Source: Thermoplasmatota archaeon (lineage in GTDB: Archaea; Thermoplasmatota; E2; JACPAO01; JAHFTW01). Taken from it: a DNA stretch of 64,000 nucleotides. The position numbers were made by a program, and so were the translations under genes. The stretch covers positions 224,001 to 288,000 of the forward strand of contig JBFIHX010000003.1 in assembly GCA_041601615.1 (NCBI GenBank), given 5' to 3'. The notes under the pieces are model-generated. The model had not been told where the DNA came from. It searched no databases and saw only the letters and a list, made by a program, of their open reading frames with translations. Shown one piece after another: positions 29,847 to 39,724 of the stretch (positions are counted from its first letter, which is position 1; each line of letters begins with the position of its first letter).

Positions 29847-30511
29847 TGGAGCTTTGGCCGATTCTCAAGTACGTTCTTGTGGCGATCGTGGTGGTCGTGG
29901 TGGTCGCCGGGACGCTGCTTGCGCGCAGTCGTCGCAGGAAGCGGCTCATGGCATGGGCGGAGTCTCGGGGTTTCTGGTTTGAGGAGAAAGATCACAGTCT
30001 CGCGTCTCAGTTTTCGGGCTTCGAGCCTTTTGATACCGGCAAAGACCGCCAGGCTTGGCATGTGATGAAGGGCCAAGTGGATGGTGTGGCGGTTTTGCTG
30101 TTTCAGTACCAATATACGAGTGGGTCTGGCAAAGAAAACACGACGGTCGTCAACAATGTCTGTGTGCTTCGGACGGGCCCTGATTCACCGGGGCTGACGT
30201 TGCGCAAGGAGCGGATGCATCACAAGTTGTTTGATGCGGTTGGTGGCGAGGACATCGACTTTGAGAGCGATGAGTTCAGCCGGAAATTCTGGGTGCGTGG
30301 TCCGAATCGGAAGTTCGTCTATGACGTGATTCATCCGCGCATGATGGAGTACTTGATGCCGTTGGACAAGTACCTCTGGCAGTGGAAGGGCCAAAACCTG
30401 ATGCTGGTGCGTGGCGGTCGCTTGGAGCCGGATCGGGCCGAGGAGTTGGTGCGTGATGGGATGGGGTTGATTTCGCTGCTGCCGCGCCACCTGAACCCGT
30501 CGCCCTCTTGA
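29843..30511 (+). CDS. LemA-associated membrane-anchored protein
   Basis: N-terminal TM; DIDFESDEFSRKF and IHPRMME motifs. Confidence 0.7.
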   Translation: MMELWPILKYVLVAIVVVVVVAGTLLARSRRRKRLMAWAESRGFWFEEKDHSLASQFSGFEPFDTGKDRQAWHVMKGQVDGVAVLLFQYQYTSGSGKENTTVVNNVCVLRTGPDSPGLTLRKERMHHKLFDAVGGEDIDFESDEFSRKFWVRGPNRKFVYDVIHPRMMEYLMPLDKYLWQWKGQNLMLVRGGRLEPDRAEELVRDGMGLISLLPRHLNPSPS

Positions 30512-31740
30512 GGGGGCTGGACGTGGTGGTGCTCGTGCGGGATGTTATCGTCATCGGAGCGGGTCCGGCGGGCAGCAACACGGCAAGATTGTTGGCTGAA
30601 GCGGGGCACGATGTATTGATGGTGGAGGAGCACCCGGAGGTGGGTCGGCCGGTGCAGTGCGCGGGCCTTGTTGCGCCTCGAGTCTTTGAGCATACGCCGT
30701 TTCCGATTGGTGATTTGCACGAGAATGACTTGCATGGCGCCATCGTAATCAGCCCGGATGGCACACGCATTGAGTTTGAGACCGAGGCGGTGCAGGCGCA
30801 GGCGATGGATCGGGCTGGGTTTGATCAGCGCATGGCCAAGCACGCGGAGCTTGCGGGCGTGGAGGTTCGTACGAATACGAAGGCGACGGGCATGGAGCGC
30901 GACGAAACGGGAGTCAGCGTGGAGTTGCTTTCGGGTGGCGTGCGGACTCGGGAGCGGGCGCGTTTTGTCGTGGGTGCCGATGGCATCCGGGGCAACGTGG
31001 CAAAGTGGATGGGTCTGCCTCCCGTGGACGAAATTGTCAGTGCATACGAGGTGGAGTTGGACGGCGCAACACTCCCGGATGGTCCGCGCATGATTCCGAT
31101 GTTTGCGGGTCGTGCGCAGGCCCCCGGTTTTTTCAGTTGGATCATCCCCGTGGGCGGCAATCGTGTGCGGGCGGGGCTTGCGGTGGCGCCGGGCATGAAC
31201 GAGGCGGCGGCCAAGCGCTACTATGAGCGGATGTTTACGGATCCTGCGAGTGCGCCGTATTTGGCGGGAACTTCGGAGGTGTATCGAATCATTGGTGGCA
31301 TTCCACTGGGCTTGCGCCGGCGGCTTGTGGATGACCGCGTGGCGTTGGTAGGAGATGCGGCCGGTATGGCCAAACCGACGAGCGGCGGCGGGATCTACAT
31401 GGGTCTGGTTGCAAGCGAACATTTGGCTCGCGTGGCGGACGCGGCGCTGCGTCAAGATCACCTTGGCCGGGGGGACTTGCGAAGCTACGAAAAAGCGGTT
31501 CGGCGCACCATTGCGCGGGAGCTGCGTCGCGGCACCTTGCTGCGTCGGGTCTACAAGGGTTTGCGCGACCAGGACCTGGACCGATTGGCGCATTTGTGCC
31601 AAAAGCCGCTTGTCCGTGAGGCAATTGAGTCGCGTGGAGACATTGATTATCCCAGTCGTCTCGTTTTGCCCTTGCTGCGTGCGGAACCTCGCTTCGCCGG
31701 CCTGTTTTTGGCAGGGTTCCTTCGTGGCGGTCTCCAATGA
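30508..31740 (+). CDS. Geranylgeranyl reductase family FAD oxidoreductase
   Basis: GAGPAG, PVQCAG, GADG and VGDAAGMAKPTSGGGI motifs. Confidence 0.92.
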   Translation: MRGLDVVVLVRDVIVIGAGPAGSNTARLLAEAGHDVLMVEEHPEVGRPVQCAGLVAPRVFEHTPFPIGDLHENDLHGAIVISPDGTRIEFETEAVQAQAMDRAGFDQRMAKHAELAGVEVRTNTKATGMERDETGVSVELLSGGVRTRERARFVVGADGIRGNVAKWMGLPPVDEIVSAYEVELDGATLPDGPRMIPMFAGRAQAPGFFSWIIPVGGNRVRAGLAVAPGMNEAAAKRYYERMFTDPASAPYLAGTSEVYRIIGGIPLGLRRRLVDDRVALVGDAAGMAKPTSGGGIYMGLVASEHLARVADAALRQDHLGRGDLRSYEKAVRRTIARELRRGTLLRRVYKGLRDQDLDRLAHLCQKPLVREAIESRGDIDYPSRLVLPLLRAEPRFAGLFLAGFLRGGLQ

Positions 31741-32327
31741 GTGCCAAGCGAGGCGGCGGCAAGGGGTCGAGCCGTGGCCGTCGACGCGGCGGGGGATTGT
31801 CTGGAGCCGTGGACATTTGCGTCTATTACACAGCCCAGGATGACCCGCGAAAGAACACTGCGGTGCGCATGCAGAAGCAGGGCCAAGCACGGCTCGTGGA
31901 CGACATCAAGCATGTGCAGCGCCACAGTGTGTTGTTGAATCCGTTTGCTAAGAAGGCGATCAGTGCAGAGGACTTGCCGATGATGCGCAAGAATGGCCTT
32001 GTGGCGCTTGATTGCTCGTGGCGCCAAGCTGAGGAAATGTTCCCTCTCTTGCAAGGTGAGGTGCGCAGCCGCGCCCTGCCGTTTTTGGTGGCGGCGAGTC
32101 CGGCCAAATTTGGAACGCCTTTCGAGTTGAGCACGGCGGAAGCGCTCGCAGCGGCCTTGTACATTGCCGGCGAGCAGCGTCAAGCCAAGCGGATTCTCAA
32201 GTGCGTGCCGTGGGCGGACACGTTTTGGGAAGTCAACGCGCAGCCGCTTGCCGATTATGCTGCTTGCACGACGAGCACTGAGGTCGTGGCGGCGCAGGCG
32301 TTGTTTTTGCGGGACGAGGAAGAGTAG
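31737..32327 (+). CDS. tsr3: 16S rRNA aminocarboxypropyltransferase Tsr3 (DUF367)
   Basis: DDPRKNT, LDCSW, RALPFLVAA, LSTAEALAAALY and WADTF motifs. Confidence 0.92.
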   Translation: MSAKRGGGKGSSRGRRRGGGLSGAVDICVYYTAQDDPRKNTAVRMQKQGQARLVDDIKHVQRHSVLLNPFAKKAISAEDLPMMRKNGLVALDCSWRQAEEMFPLLQGEVRSRALPFLVAASPAKFGTPFELSTAEALAAALYIAGEQRQAKRILKCVPWADTFWEVNAQPLADYAACTTSTEVVAAQALFLRDEEE

Positions 32328-32339
32328 CCGCCGCAAAGC

Positions 32340-33950
32340 TCAGTCCCGGGCACCGATTTTTTCGACGTAGATCCAGTCTGCCACTTGCACGACGCCACGG
32401 CCATGGTCGAACGTCAACACCACTTCTTTGGCGTTGACAGGAAGCGGCACATGGATGGTGTTGAGGATGGTTTTGGCGGCGTGTTCTCCCGGCGGAACGA
32501 AGGCGCCAAGCTCGGCAAGGGTCCAGTATGTTTCTTGGACGGTGTCGGGGGGGCCGGTGCGCACGAGGATGCCCATGCCTTGTAGTTCGGTGGCGTTGAC
32601 GGTTTCGGGGTCCAATCCGATGCGGAAGCTGAGGTCGCGTTCCTCGGGTCGAACATCGACTCGGTACGTGCTCGGTCCGACCCATCGAATGGCGGTTTGG
32701 CGGGCGCTTGTGTAGGTGTTTTTGGCGGGGCATTCTTCGCCATCGCATCGTTCTACGGCCACCTCCCGGCTTGCCCTTCCGTCACCGTCCGCAATAACAT
32801 CCCTGGAAATGGATTGCGCATCGGCGGGGTGGTAGCTTGTGACAACGCCAGGAACCGGCCAGGGTGCTTGGCCAGTCAGCATCGGCAGCAGGTTGGCCTC
32901 CGCGCCGAGGTAGTGGCGGAAAAACCCGTTCATCAATGCCACGCCGTGGAGCCTTTGGGCGGTGGGCGTGTCGCGGCCGCTGGTGGGGCTGGATTCGTCG
33001 CACCAGGGATCGTCGCGGTCGCCCCAGTCGCTTCGGGTCCAGATGGTGTTGTAGTAATTGTGGTTGGCGCCCATGGTCAAGAATTGGTGCATGGGTGCGG
33101 TGTTCTCGTTGCGCGCGTCGTCGTACAGCCGGGAGCCGGAGAGGTCGTACATGTCGCCGTCGCAGTAGGGCAACAATACGGCAAACGGTACGCCTCGGAT
33201 GTCTTGGCGGTCGAAGTCGGAGGGCGCGAGTGCAAACACGGCGCGGATGGTGATTTCGGGCGGCAGTGCGCCTTCGTCGCGGGCCATGGCCCAGGCGCGA
33301 GATACCCCTTCGCCGCCTCTGCTGTGGCCCATGAGTCCAACGCGGGTCAAGTCGAGTCGGCCGGTTAGGCCTTGTAATGTGTCTTCGCCAGTGCCTGCGT
33401 TGGCGTCGGTGAGGGCAAGGAGCACTTGGTGGATGATGCGGGCGCGGGCGGTAGCGCCGAGGTCGTCGCCGAAGAGGAATCGGTTTTCGTTGTCGCGGTC
33501 GTTGACGTTGTTGGCGTCCACGGACAGCACCACGTAGCCGTGCGAGGCGAGGTTTTGAGCGAGGTAGTCGTAGCCTTTGTACGAATCCACGGGAGACAGT
33601 ACGGGGGTCGCATTCGGGCATGGTTGCAACAGTCGTTCGCCCACGGGGGTGGCGCATGTGCTGTGTCGGCCATGCATCAGCAGGACAACGGGGTAGCTGC
33701 CGTCGCCTTCGGGGACTTGGATGGAACCCTGGATGTGGACTAGGTAGGGGCCGCTTTGTCCTTCGATGATGTGTGTTCCGAGGTTCCATTCTGAGCGCAC
33801 GGAATCCAGGGCGCCGTTGGCGAGTGGATCGCCGAGCGTGAGCGGGAACTCCGATGCGAGGTTCTTGCCGGGCACATCATCGATGCATCCTGAGAACGGA
33901 ACCAGAAGGAGAAGAAGGAGCGCGGGAAGGGAGCGGGCCCAGGTTCGCAT
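32340..33950 (-). CDS. Secreted lipoprotein alpha/beta hydrolase
   Basis: FSGC lipobox; LMHGRH, LASHGY, GHSRGG, CDGD and GANHNYYN motifs. Confidence 0.85.
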   Translation of the reverse strand: MRTWARSLPALLLLLLVPFSGCIDDVPGKNLASEFPLTLGDPLANGALDSVRSEWNLGTHIIEGQSGPYLVHIQGSIQVPEGDGSYPVVLLMHGRHSTCATPVGERLLQPCPNATPVLSPVDSYKGYDYLAQNLASHGYVVLSVDANNVNDRDNENRFLFGDDLGATARARIIHQVLLALTDANAGTGEDTLQGLTGRLDLTRVGLMGHSRGGEGVSRAWAMARDEGALPPEITIRAVFALAPSDFDRQDIRGVPFAVLLPYCDGDMYDLSGSRLYDDARNENTAPMHQFLTMGANHNYYNTIWTRSDWGDRDDPWCDESSPTSGRDTPTAQRLHGVALMNGFFRHYLGAEANLLPMLTGQAPWPVPGVVTSYHPADAQSISRDVIADGDGRASREVAVERCDGEECPAKNTYTSARQTAIRWVGPSTYRVDVRPEERDLSFRIGLDPETVNATELQGMGILVRTGPPDTVQETYWTLAELGAFVPPGEHAAKTILNTIHVPLPVNAKEVVLTFDHGRGVVQVADWIYVEKIGARD

Positions 33951-33993
33951 GGGCGCGGCAACAGAGTCCCGATTTATGATTTGGTTCCGAGTT

Positions 33994-35157
33994 CTAGGCC
34001 TTGCACAATTGCGTGTGGTGGTTGGCGTTGGCGCTGGCAATCACGCACCCGCTGGGCATTTCGATATCGATGCTGTGGTAGCCGATGCCTTCCAGGAGCG
34101 CGATGCCTTCTCCGCCTGCGATGGCTTCGAGTTGCCATGTGCCGCCGGGCCCTTCGTGGCCGAAGCTTTCGATTTTGATGGATTGGCCTTCGGTGGGGTC
34201 GAGGGTGGTTTCGTAGACGGTGCCGTCGGGGGCGGTTGCTTTGATGCTGTAGTAGCCACGGGCTGTGGGGACGCTGCTGGGGCCGACGCCGTTGACGTTG
34301 ATGCTGTTGCTGGCAAATCCATCGAGGAGAATGATGGAGAAGCTGGTGCGGTCGTAGCCTTCTGCGATTTCAATGGATTCCGTGGGCACGACGAGGTTCG
34401 GGTTTGCAAGATTGAAGTTGCTGACGTCCAAGACGCCGACGGCGCGGCCGTGCAGGAAGATCAAGTCGTGGTCGTGGGGAACTCGGACGGTGCCGGTGTA
34501 GTTGTAGCCGTGGTCGACGATTTCGTAGTCGGCGTATCCGGGGCTGATCCAGCGGCTGATTTCGCCGTATTCGGCGTTGTAGGTGAATTGGCCGCTGCCC
34601 TGGCCGCCTCCGCCGGCAGTGATGAAGGCTGTGCCGTTGGCTTCGTCCACTTCTTCGACGACGAAGGTGAGGCTGGCGGCTGTGGTTTCGAAGTTGCTGA
34701 CCCACGTTTTGCCTTCCACGAGGGGGAATTGGAGCGGGGCGTAGGGTACGTCGTGGGCGTCGTAGCTAAGGTCCGCGCGCTTGATGTCACCGTAGCCGGG
34801 GACGTGCAGGACCATGACGTCGTTGACGAATTGGTCTACGGGGAATCCGACGAGGTAGTTGTCGTGCTCCGTTCCGGCGACGACGCGGATGAAGTCGTAG
34901 GTTTGGCCATCGAAGTGGCTGACCATGCGGTATTTCCACCATTCGCCAAGGCGCCAAGTGGGCACGTCGAAGCCGCGTTCACCTTCGACGGGGGGCAGGC
35001 GCGGAAGTTTGGGTTGATCAACGGTGAAGTTGGTTTCGGAGTCTAGAAATTGGGGTTCGTCCGAGTCGGTCTCCGTTGGAGTGGGGGCCGGTTTGTCGTC
35101 GACGCAGCCGGCAAAGGCGAGGAGCCCGAGGCAGAGTACGGTCAAGATCGTGCGCAT
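33994..35157 (-). CDS. Hypothetical lipoprotein
   Basis: FAGC lipobox; PTWRLGEWWKY and FPLVEGKTW motifs. Confidence 0.75.
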   Translation of the reverse strand: MRTILTVLCLGLLAFAGCVDDKPAPTPTETDSDEPQFLDSETNFTVDQPKLPRLPPVEGERGFDVPTWRLGEWWKYRMVSHFDGQTYDFIRVVAGTEHDNYLVGFPVDQFVNDVMVLHVPGYGDIKRADLSYDAHDVPYAPLQFPLVEGKTWVSNFETTAASLTFVVEEVDEANGTAFITAGGGGQGSGQFTYNAEYGEISRWISPGYADYEIVDHGYNYTGTVRVPHDHDLIFLHGRAVGVLDVSNFNLANPNLVVPTESIEIAEGYDRTSFSIILLDGFASNSINVNGVGPSSVPTARGYYSIKATAPDGTVYETTLDPTEGQSIKIESFGHEGPGGTWQLEAIAGGEGIALLEGIGYHSIDIEMPSGCVIASANANHHTQLCKA

Positions 35158-35309
35158 GACCGAAGGAGGTCGGGCGACGACGGTTAACGATTGCGTCACT
35201 CGGTTTTCTGATTGGGTTGTTTTTGGTGGAATGATGCGGGGAAGGAGGTCCCTTGTGCACGACGATGTGGGGCCAAACGGCTAACCCTCCGTTCTTGGTT
35301 GCAGCCCTC

Positions 35310-37004
35310 GTGCCCAAGACCGCTGCCGCCCAGAGCACTGCCGATGAAGCCGCTAAAATCGCGCGCCCGCCCGTGGCGAATCCTGATACGCCGCTTCGGT
35401 GCAAGTCCTGGCGCACGGAGGCGATTCTGCGGATGCTCGAGAACAACTTGCACAACGCGGAAGAGCCGGACAAGCTCATTGTGTATGGCGGCACCGGCAA
35501 GGCGGCACGCAACCAGGAGTGCCTGGATACGATCAAGGCGAATTTGATGAGGTTGGGCGACGACGAAACGCTCCTGATTCAATCCGGCAAGCCGGTTGCG
35601 GTGTTTCCGACGTGGCCACAGGCGCCTCGGGTGTTGATGGCCAACAGCCATCTCGTGCCGCAATGGTCGAATTGGGACGAATTCAACAAGCTCGAAGCGG
35701 AAGGGCTGACGATGTACGGTCAGATGACGGCTGGGTCCTGGTGCTACATTGGAACACAGGGCATCATCCAAGGTACCTATGAGACGTTCGTGGCGGCGGC
35801 GCGCAAGCACTTCGACCAAGATACGCTTCAGGGAAAAATCGTCTTGACCGGGGGCCTTGGTGGCATGGGTGGCGCCCAGCCTCTTGCGGTCACCATGGCC
35901 GGCGGTGCTTGCCTCGCGATCGAAGTGGACGAAGCTCGTGCGCGTCGAAGAATGGAAGCAGGGTTCGTGGATCGCATCGAGACCGACGCTCGCGTGGCCC
36001 GCACCATTGTGGAAGAAGCCGCCAAGCAAGGACGCGCCTACTCGGTGGCGTTGATTGCCAATTGCGCCGATGCTCTCCCTGCCCTGCTGGCTGCAGGTTT
36101 CGCCCCGGACCTTGTTACGGACCAAACCAGTGCCCACGATCCTCTGAATGGGTATGTTCCAGGTGGCATGGAGTTTGGAGAGGCGCTCAAGCTACGCGCC
36201 CGCGACCCCGGCGCGTACAAGACCGCCGCGTACGAATCCATGGCCCGCCACGTCGAAGCGATGGTCGGCTTCCAATCCGCTGGCAGCCACACGTTCGACT
36301 ACGGCAATAACCTCCGAGAAGGTGCTCGCATCGGTGGCCTGCCCCGTGATGTTGCGTACAGCTTCCTTGGCTTTGTGCCCGCCTACATTCGGCCCCTGTT
36401 TTGCGAGGGTCGTGGACCGTTCCGTTGGCTGAGTTTGCGCGGAGACCCGGAGGACATCCGTAAGACTGGCGCGCTGGTGAAGCGGATGTTCCCCGACAAC
36501 GAAGCACTTGCCCGCTGGATCGACCTCGCGGACAAAAATTTGCCCTGGGAGGGCCTGCCGGCCCGTGTGTGCTGGCTTGGAATGGGTGAACGGGATCTAT
36601 TTGCGCTGGCCATGAACGAAATGGTGGACAAGGGAGAAATCGGCCCCATCGCCGTCACCCGCGACCACCTAGACTGCGGCAGTGTGGCGAGTCCGTACCG
36701 TGAGACGGAGGGCATGAAGGATGGCAGCGACGCCATCGCCGACTGGCCGCTTCTGAATGCCATGGTCAACATTGCGGCGGGCGCAGACAGCGTCCACATC
36801 CACAATGGTGGCGGCGTCGGAATCGGGTACTCCACGCACGCGGGCCAAGTGGTGGTGTTGGACGGCTCGGAGCTTGCCAAGGACAAGGCGACGCGCGTGT
36901 TCCGCACGGATCCCGGCATGGGCATTGTGCGGCATGTGGATGCTGGCTACGATGAGGCGCGGGTCGTGGCAGAGCGCACGGGTGTGCAGACGCCGCTCGT
37001 TTGA
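35310..37004 (+). CDS. hutU: Urocanate hydratase
   Basis: YGGTGKAARN, YGQMTAGSW, GLGGMGGAQP, TDQTSAHD and RDHLDCGSVASP motifs; start uncertain. Confidence 0.97.
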   Translation: MPKTAAAQSTADEAAKIARPPVANPDTPLRCKSWRTEAILRMLENNLHNAEEPDKLIVYGGTGKAARNQECLDTIKANLMRLGDDETLLIQSGKPVAVFPTWPQAPRVLMANSHLVPQWSNWDEFNKLEAEGLTMYGQMTAGSWCYIGTQGIIQGTYETFVAAARKHFDQDTLQGKIVLTGGLGGMGGAQPLAVTMAGGACLAIEVDEARARRRMEAGFVDRIETDARVARTIVEEAAKQGRAYSVALIANCADALPALLAAGFAPDLVTDQTSAHDPLNGYVPGGMEFGEALKLRARDPGAYKTAAYESMARHVEAMVGFQSAGSHTFDYGNNLREGARIGGLPRDVAYSFLGFVPAYIRPLFCEGRGPFRWLSLRGDPEDIRKTGALVKRMFPDNEALARWIDLADKNLPWEGLPARVCWLGMGERDLFALAMNEMVDKGEIGPIAVTRDHLDCGSVASPYRETEGMKDGSDAIADWPLLNAMVNIAAGADSVHIHNGGGVGIGYSTHAGQVVVLDGSELAKDKATRVFRTDPGMGIVRHVDAGYDEARVVAERTGVQTPLV

Positions 37005-37074
37005 GTGGGAGCCACGGCCAAGAGGGTGCGTCCGTGGGTCCGTCTGGGTGTTGGCACTCAGCGGGTTTCGGGGG

Positions 37075-37560
37075 TTACGCTAGATACAGAACGGCGGACC
37101 AGGTGACGGTTCGTTCCAGTTGTACGGAAGCGGGGCCGGCGCCGCCGATGCCCACTTGGAAGGGGCCTTTGTAGCCGTCGAGATGATCGAGGTGGATGGA
37201 CAAGGGGCTGGTGCCTTGCGCTTCGGCTACGGGTTCGCCATTGTACCGTGACACGGTCACGAAGAGGCCGGTGGGGTCGACGACGCTGTCCCACGTGACG
37301 TTGAGGTAGCCGTGGGTCGGAGCGCCTTGGTTGGTGCTGAAGGTGCCAAAGTCCCAGGATGAGTAGCCAAAGCAGCGGCCGTCTTGGTCTGGGCAGACGC
37401 CTACTTGGGTCAGTTGGCTGGTGCCGTCAAAGAAAACTTGGGTGGGTGCGGGGTCTGTGTCCTGGCCGGTCAGATCATCGGGACGCTCGGGTGTGTTGCT
37501 TCCGAGGCATCCGGCCATCAGGAGCGTCAATGCTGTGAGTATCAGGGCGATTCGGGACAT
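37075..37560 (-). CDS. Hypothetical lipoprotein
   Basis: MAGC lipobox; beta-rich body. Confidence 0.7.
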   Translation of the reverse strand: MSRIALILTALTLLMAGCLGSNTPERPDDLTGQDTDPAPTQVFFDGTSQLTQVGVCPDQDGRCFGYSSWDFGTFSTNQGAPTHGYLNVTWDSVVDPTGLFVTVSRYNGEPVAEAQGTSPLSIHLDHLDGYKGPFQVGIGGAGPASVQLERTVTWSAVLYLA

Positions 37561-37705
37561 GGTTGCACGCGGGTGTGGGATGTGGTGGTCCTAGCTTCGT
37601 ATTGAAGCTTTAGGATTCGCAAGGGTTTGATGGAGGGGGTTGAGGTCGCGCCTGGCGCGGGTGGTGGGCTGGATGGGTTCATCCAGCGGGTGATTCCACG
37701 TCGAT

Positions 37706-38494
37706 TTAGGACTGCACGCCGGTGCAGTGGCCGTTCGAGGAGCGAAGGCCGACGCAGTAGGATTCACCGGAGTTGGGGAGGTAGGCGCCCCAGCAGACAC
37801 CGTTGCTGCCGCTCCAGCCGACGCAGCTGCTGCTGAGTACGAAGACGGCGTCGGATTCCATGGTGAGTTCGTCGAGGTAGGTCTGGGGGCCCTGGACGCC
37901 GGTGCAGTGTCCGCTGGAGGAGTGGATGCCGACGCAGATGGATTCGCCGGAGTCGGGGGTGTAGACGCCCCAGCAGACGCCGTTGCTTCCGCCCCAGCCG
38001 ATGCAGCTGCTGCTGACAGCGGCGGCGTCGTTGGAGCTCTGCAGGAGTTTCTCGATGTAGGTCACGGGGCCTTGGACACCGGTGCAGTGGCCGCTGGCGG
38101 AGCGGATGCCGACGCAGGCGGCTTCGCCGGAGTCGGGGGTGTAGACGCCCCAGCACAGGCCGCTGGGGTCGCCCCAGCCGATGCAGCTGCTGCTCAGGCC
38201 GTAGGCGGCGTCGGAGCTCGTGGTGGTGATGTCGAGGAGACCTTCGGGGCCTTGGGCTCCGGTGCAGTGTCCGCTGGAGGAGTGGATGCCGACGCAGATG
38301 GATTCGCCGGAGTCGGGGGTGTAGACGCCCCAACATACGCCGTTGCTTCCGCCCCAGCCGATGCAGCTGCTGTTGACGGTGCCCTCGCCGACTTTCTCGA
38401 CGGCCAAGGCGGAGGTGGTGGGGGCGAACGCAAGGATTGCGAGAGTCATACTGGCTGCGATGGCCAGAGTTGTTTTGGTGTTCATGTATTTCAC
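37706..38494 (-). CDS. Secreted protein with four tandem four-Cys cores (180-bp period)
   Basis: Signal peptide, then 4 x about 42-aa SSCIGW...CWG...CVG...HCTG units with 18-aa variable linkers. Confidence 0.85.
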   Translation of the reverse strand: MKYMNTKTTLAIAASMTLAILAFAPTTSALAVEKVGEGTVNSSCIGWGGSNGVCWGVYTPDSGESICVGIHSSSGHCTGAQGPEGLLDITTTSSDAAYGLSSSCIGWGDPSGLCWGVYTPDSGEAACVGIRSASGHCTGVQGPVTYIEKLLQSSNDAAAVSSSCIGWGGSNGVCWGVYTPDSGESICVGIHSSSGHCTGVQGPQTYLDELTMESDAVFVLSSSCVGWSGSNGVCWGAYLPNSGESYCVGLRSSNGHCTGVQS

Positions 38495-38677
38495 TCTTGA
38501 AGCAAAGGAGCTTCAGAGCGGCACAAATTCTTTCGATACTTAATGATGATTCCGCATTGCAACATAAATCACTAGGGAATCGTGGCAAACTTTACGAGTT
38601 GGTAAAGTATTATTCGTTTCCCTAGCGATTGGGATGAAACGAGGCTCCAAGAGCACTCGAAGCGGGGCTCTGGTGAC

Positions 38678-39106
38678 CTAGCTTGCGTTTGCTTTGAAGT
38701 GAACCCGGTACATCGTCGAGTCGGCGACATCGGTGCCTTCCACCTCAATGAAGTAGTGGGGGCAGGCGTCGTAGTTCATGTCAATCATAATCTGGGCGTG
38801 TCCGTCTTGGCCCACGGCGACCTGTTCAAAGAGACCCGAGGGGTCGTTCACGTTGCGCACGCGCAGCGTTAGTACGTCGTCCGGGGTGTCGTAGTAGAGG
38901 TTCACGAAGTGGAAGTGCGGCCGGTCGGTTTTGCACTGGACTTGCTCGAACTTCTCACCAAGGCTGCGCGACATGTGGCGATATTCGTGCTCTGCGGTCT
39001 CGCCGTCCTCTAGAAATCCCACGAATGGGCCGGCGTAGGCGGGGGCGGCGAGGGTGGTGGGCAGCATCAGAAATATGATCGCGAGGGCGACATAGGGCAG
39101 GCGCAT
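38678..39106 (-). CDS. Small secreted protein
   Basis: Signal peptide; beta-sandwich-like body with two Cys. Confidence 0.65.
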   Translation of the reverse strand: MRLPYVALAIIFLMLPTTLAAPAYAGPFVGFLEDGETAEHEYRHMSRSLGEKFEQVQCKTDRPHFHFVNLYYDTPDDVLTLRVRNVNDPSGLFEQVAVGQDGHAQIMIDMNYDACPHYFIEVEGTDVADSTMYRVHFKANAS

Positions 39107-39258
39107 GGGACGAGAGTCCCGTCAGGGGGCTTTGAGGTTGCGGGTTCGCTCTACCGGAATAATGGCAAGAGCTGGGTGCCATGACCGCTGGCTTGTGCCC
39201 GGCGGCTTCATTCCACGGCTATCATGCACTGTTTGCCGCCTGTCGGCAGGAACAACCC

Positions 39259-39657
39259 ATGCCCGAAACACCCCTGCAACTGATCCTGGAAGCCAACGTC
39301 AAGAAAGGCCACGAAAACACCCTGCGCGAACTGGCCAAGTCGGGCTCCGCGAAGATTGAGAAATCCGAACCGGGCACGCTCGAGTACCGCTGGGTCATCG
39401 ATGATGAAGGCACCAAAGTCCGATTCTTGGACACCTACGCGAACTCGAAGGCGTTCGTGGACCACATTCACACTGCCCAGTCGACTGGCTTCATGGACGA
39501 ATTGATGGGCTGCGTGGACATCACGGCCGCCCACGTGGTCGGGAACCCCAATCCTGAGGCGCGCAAGATTCTGGACGGCTTCCACGCTCAGTACTTCCAC
39601 AATCTTGGCGGCTTCAACCGCATGCAGGCGACGGCGCCCATGACGGCATCCCGATAG
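39259..39657 (+). CDS. ABM / dimeric alpha-beta barrel family protein
   Basis: EPGTLEYRW...DTYANSKAFVDH pattern. Confidence 0.75.
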   Translation: MPETPLQLILEANVKKGHENTLRELAKSGSAKIEKSEPGTLEYRWVIDDEGTKVRFLDTYANSKAFVDHIHTAQSTGFMDELMGCVDITAAHVVGNPNPEARKILDGFHAQYFHNLGGFNRMQATAPMTASR

Positions 39658-39724
39658 TCGGTCCCGGTCCGTCCCGCTCGGTACCACCGGGTGCCGCTCG
39701 GTCTCGGGTGTGCCCCGCTTAGCG

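Noticed and set aside
37706-38400. Regularly spaced repeats as a possible CRISPR array
   Set aside because: The 180-bp period with about 125-bp conserved units is in frame and protein-coding, and no cas genes are present
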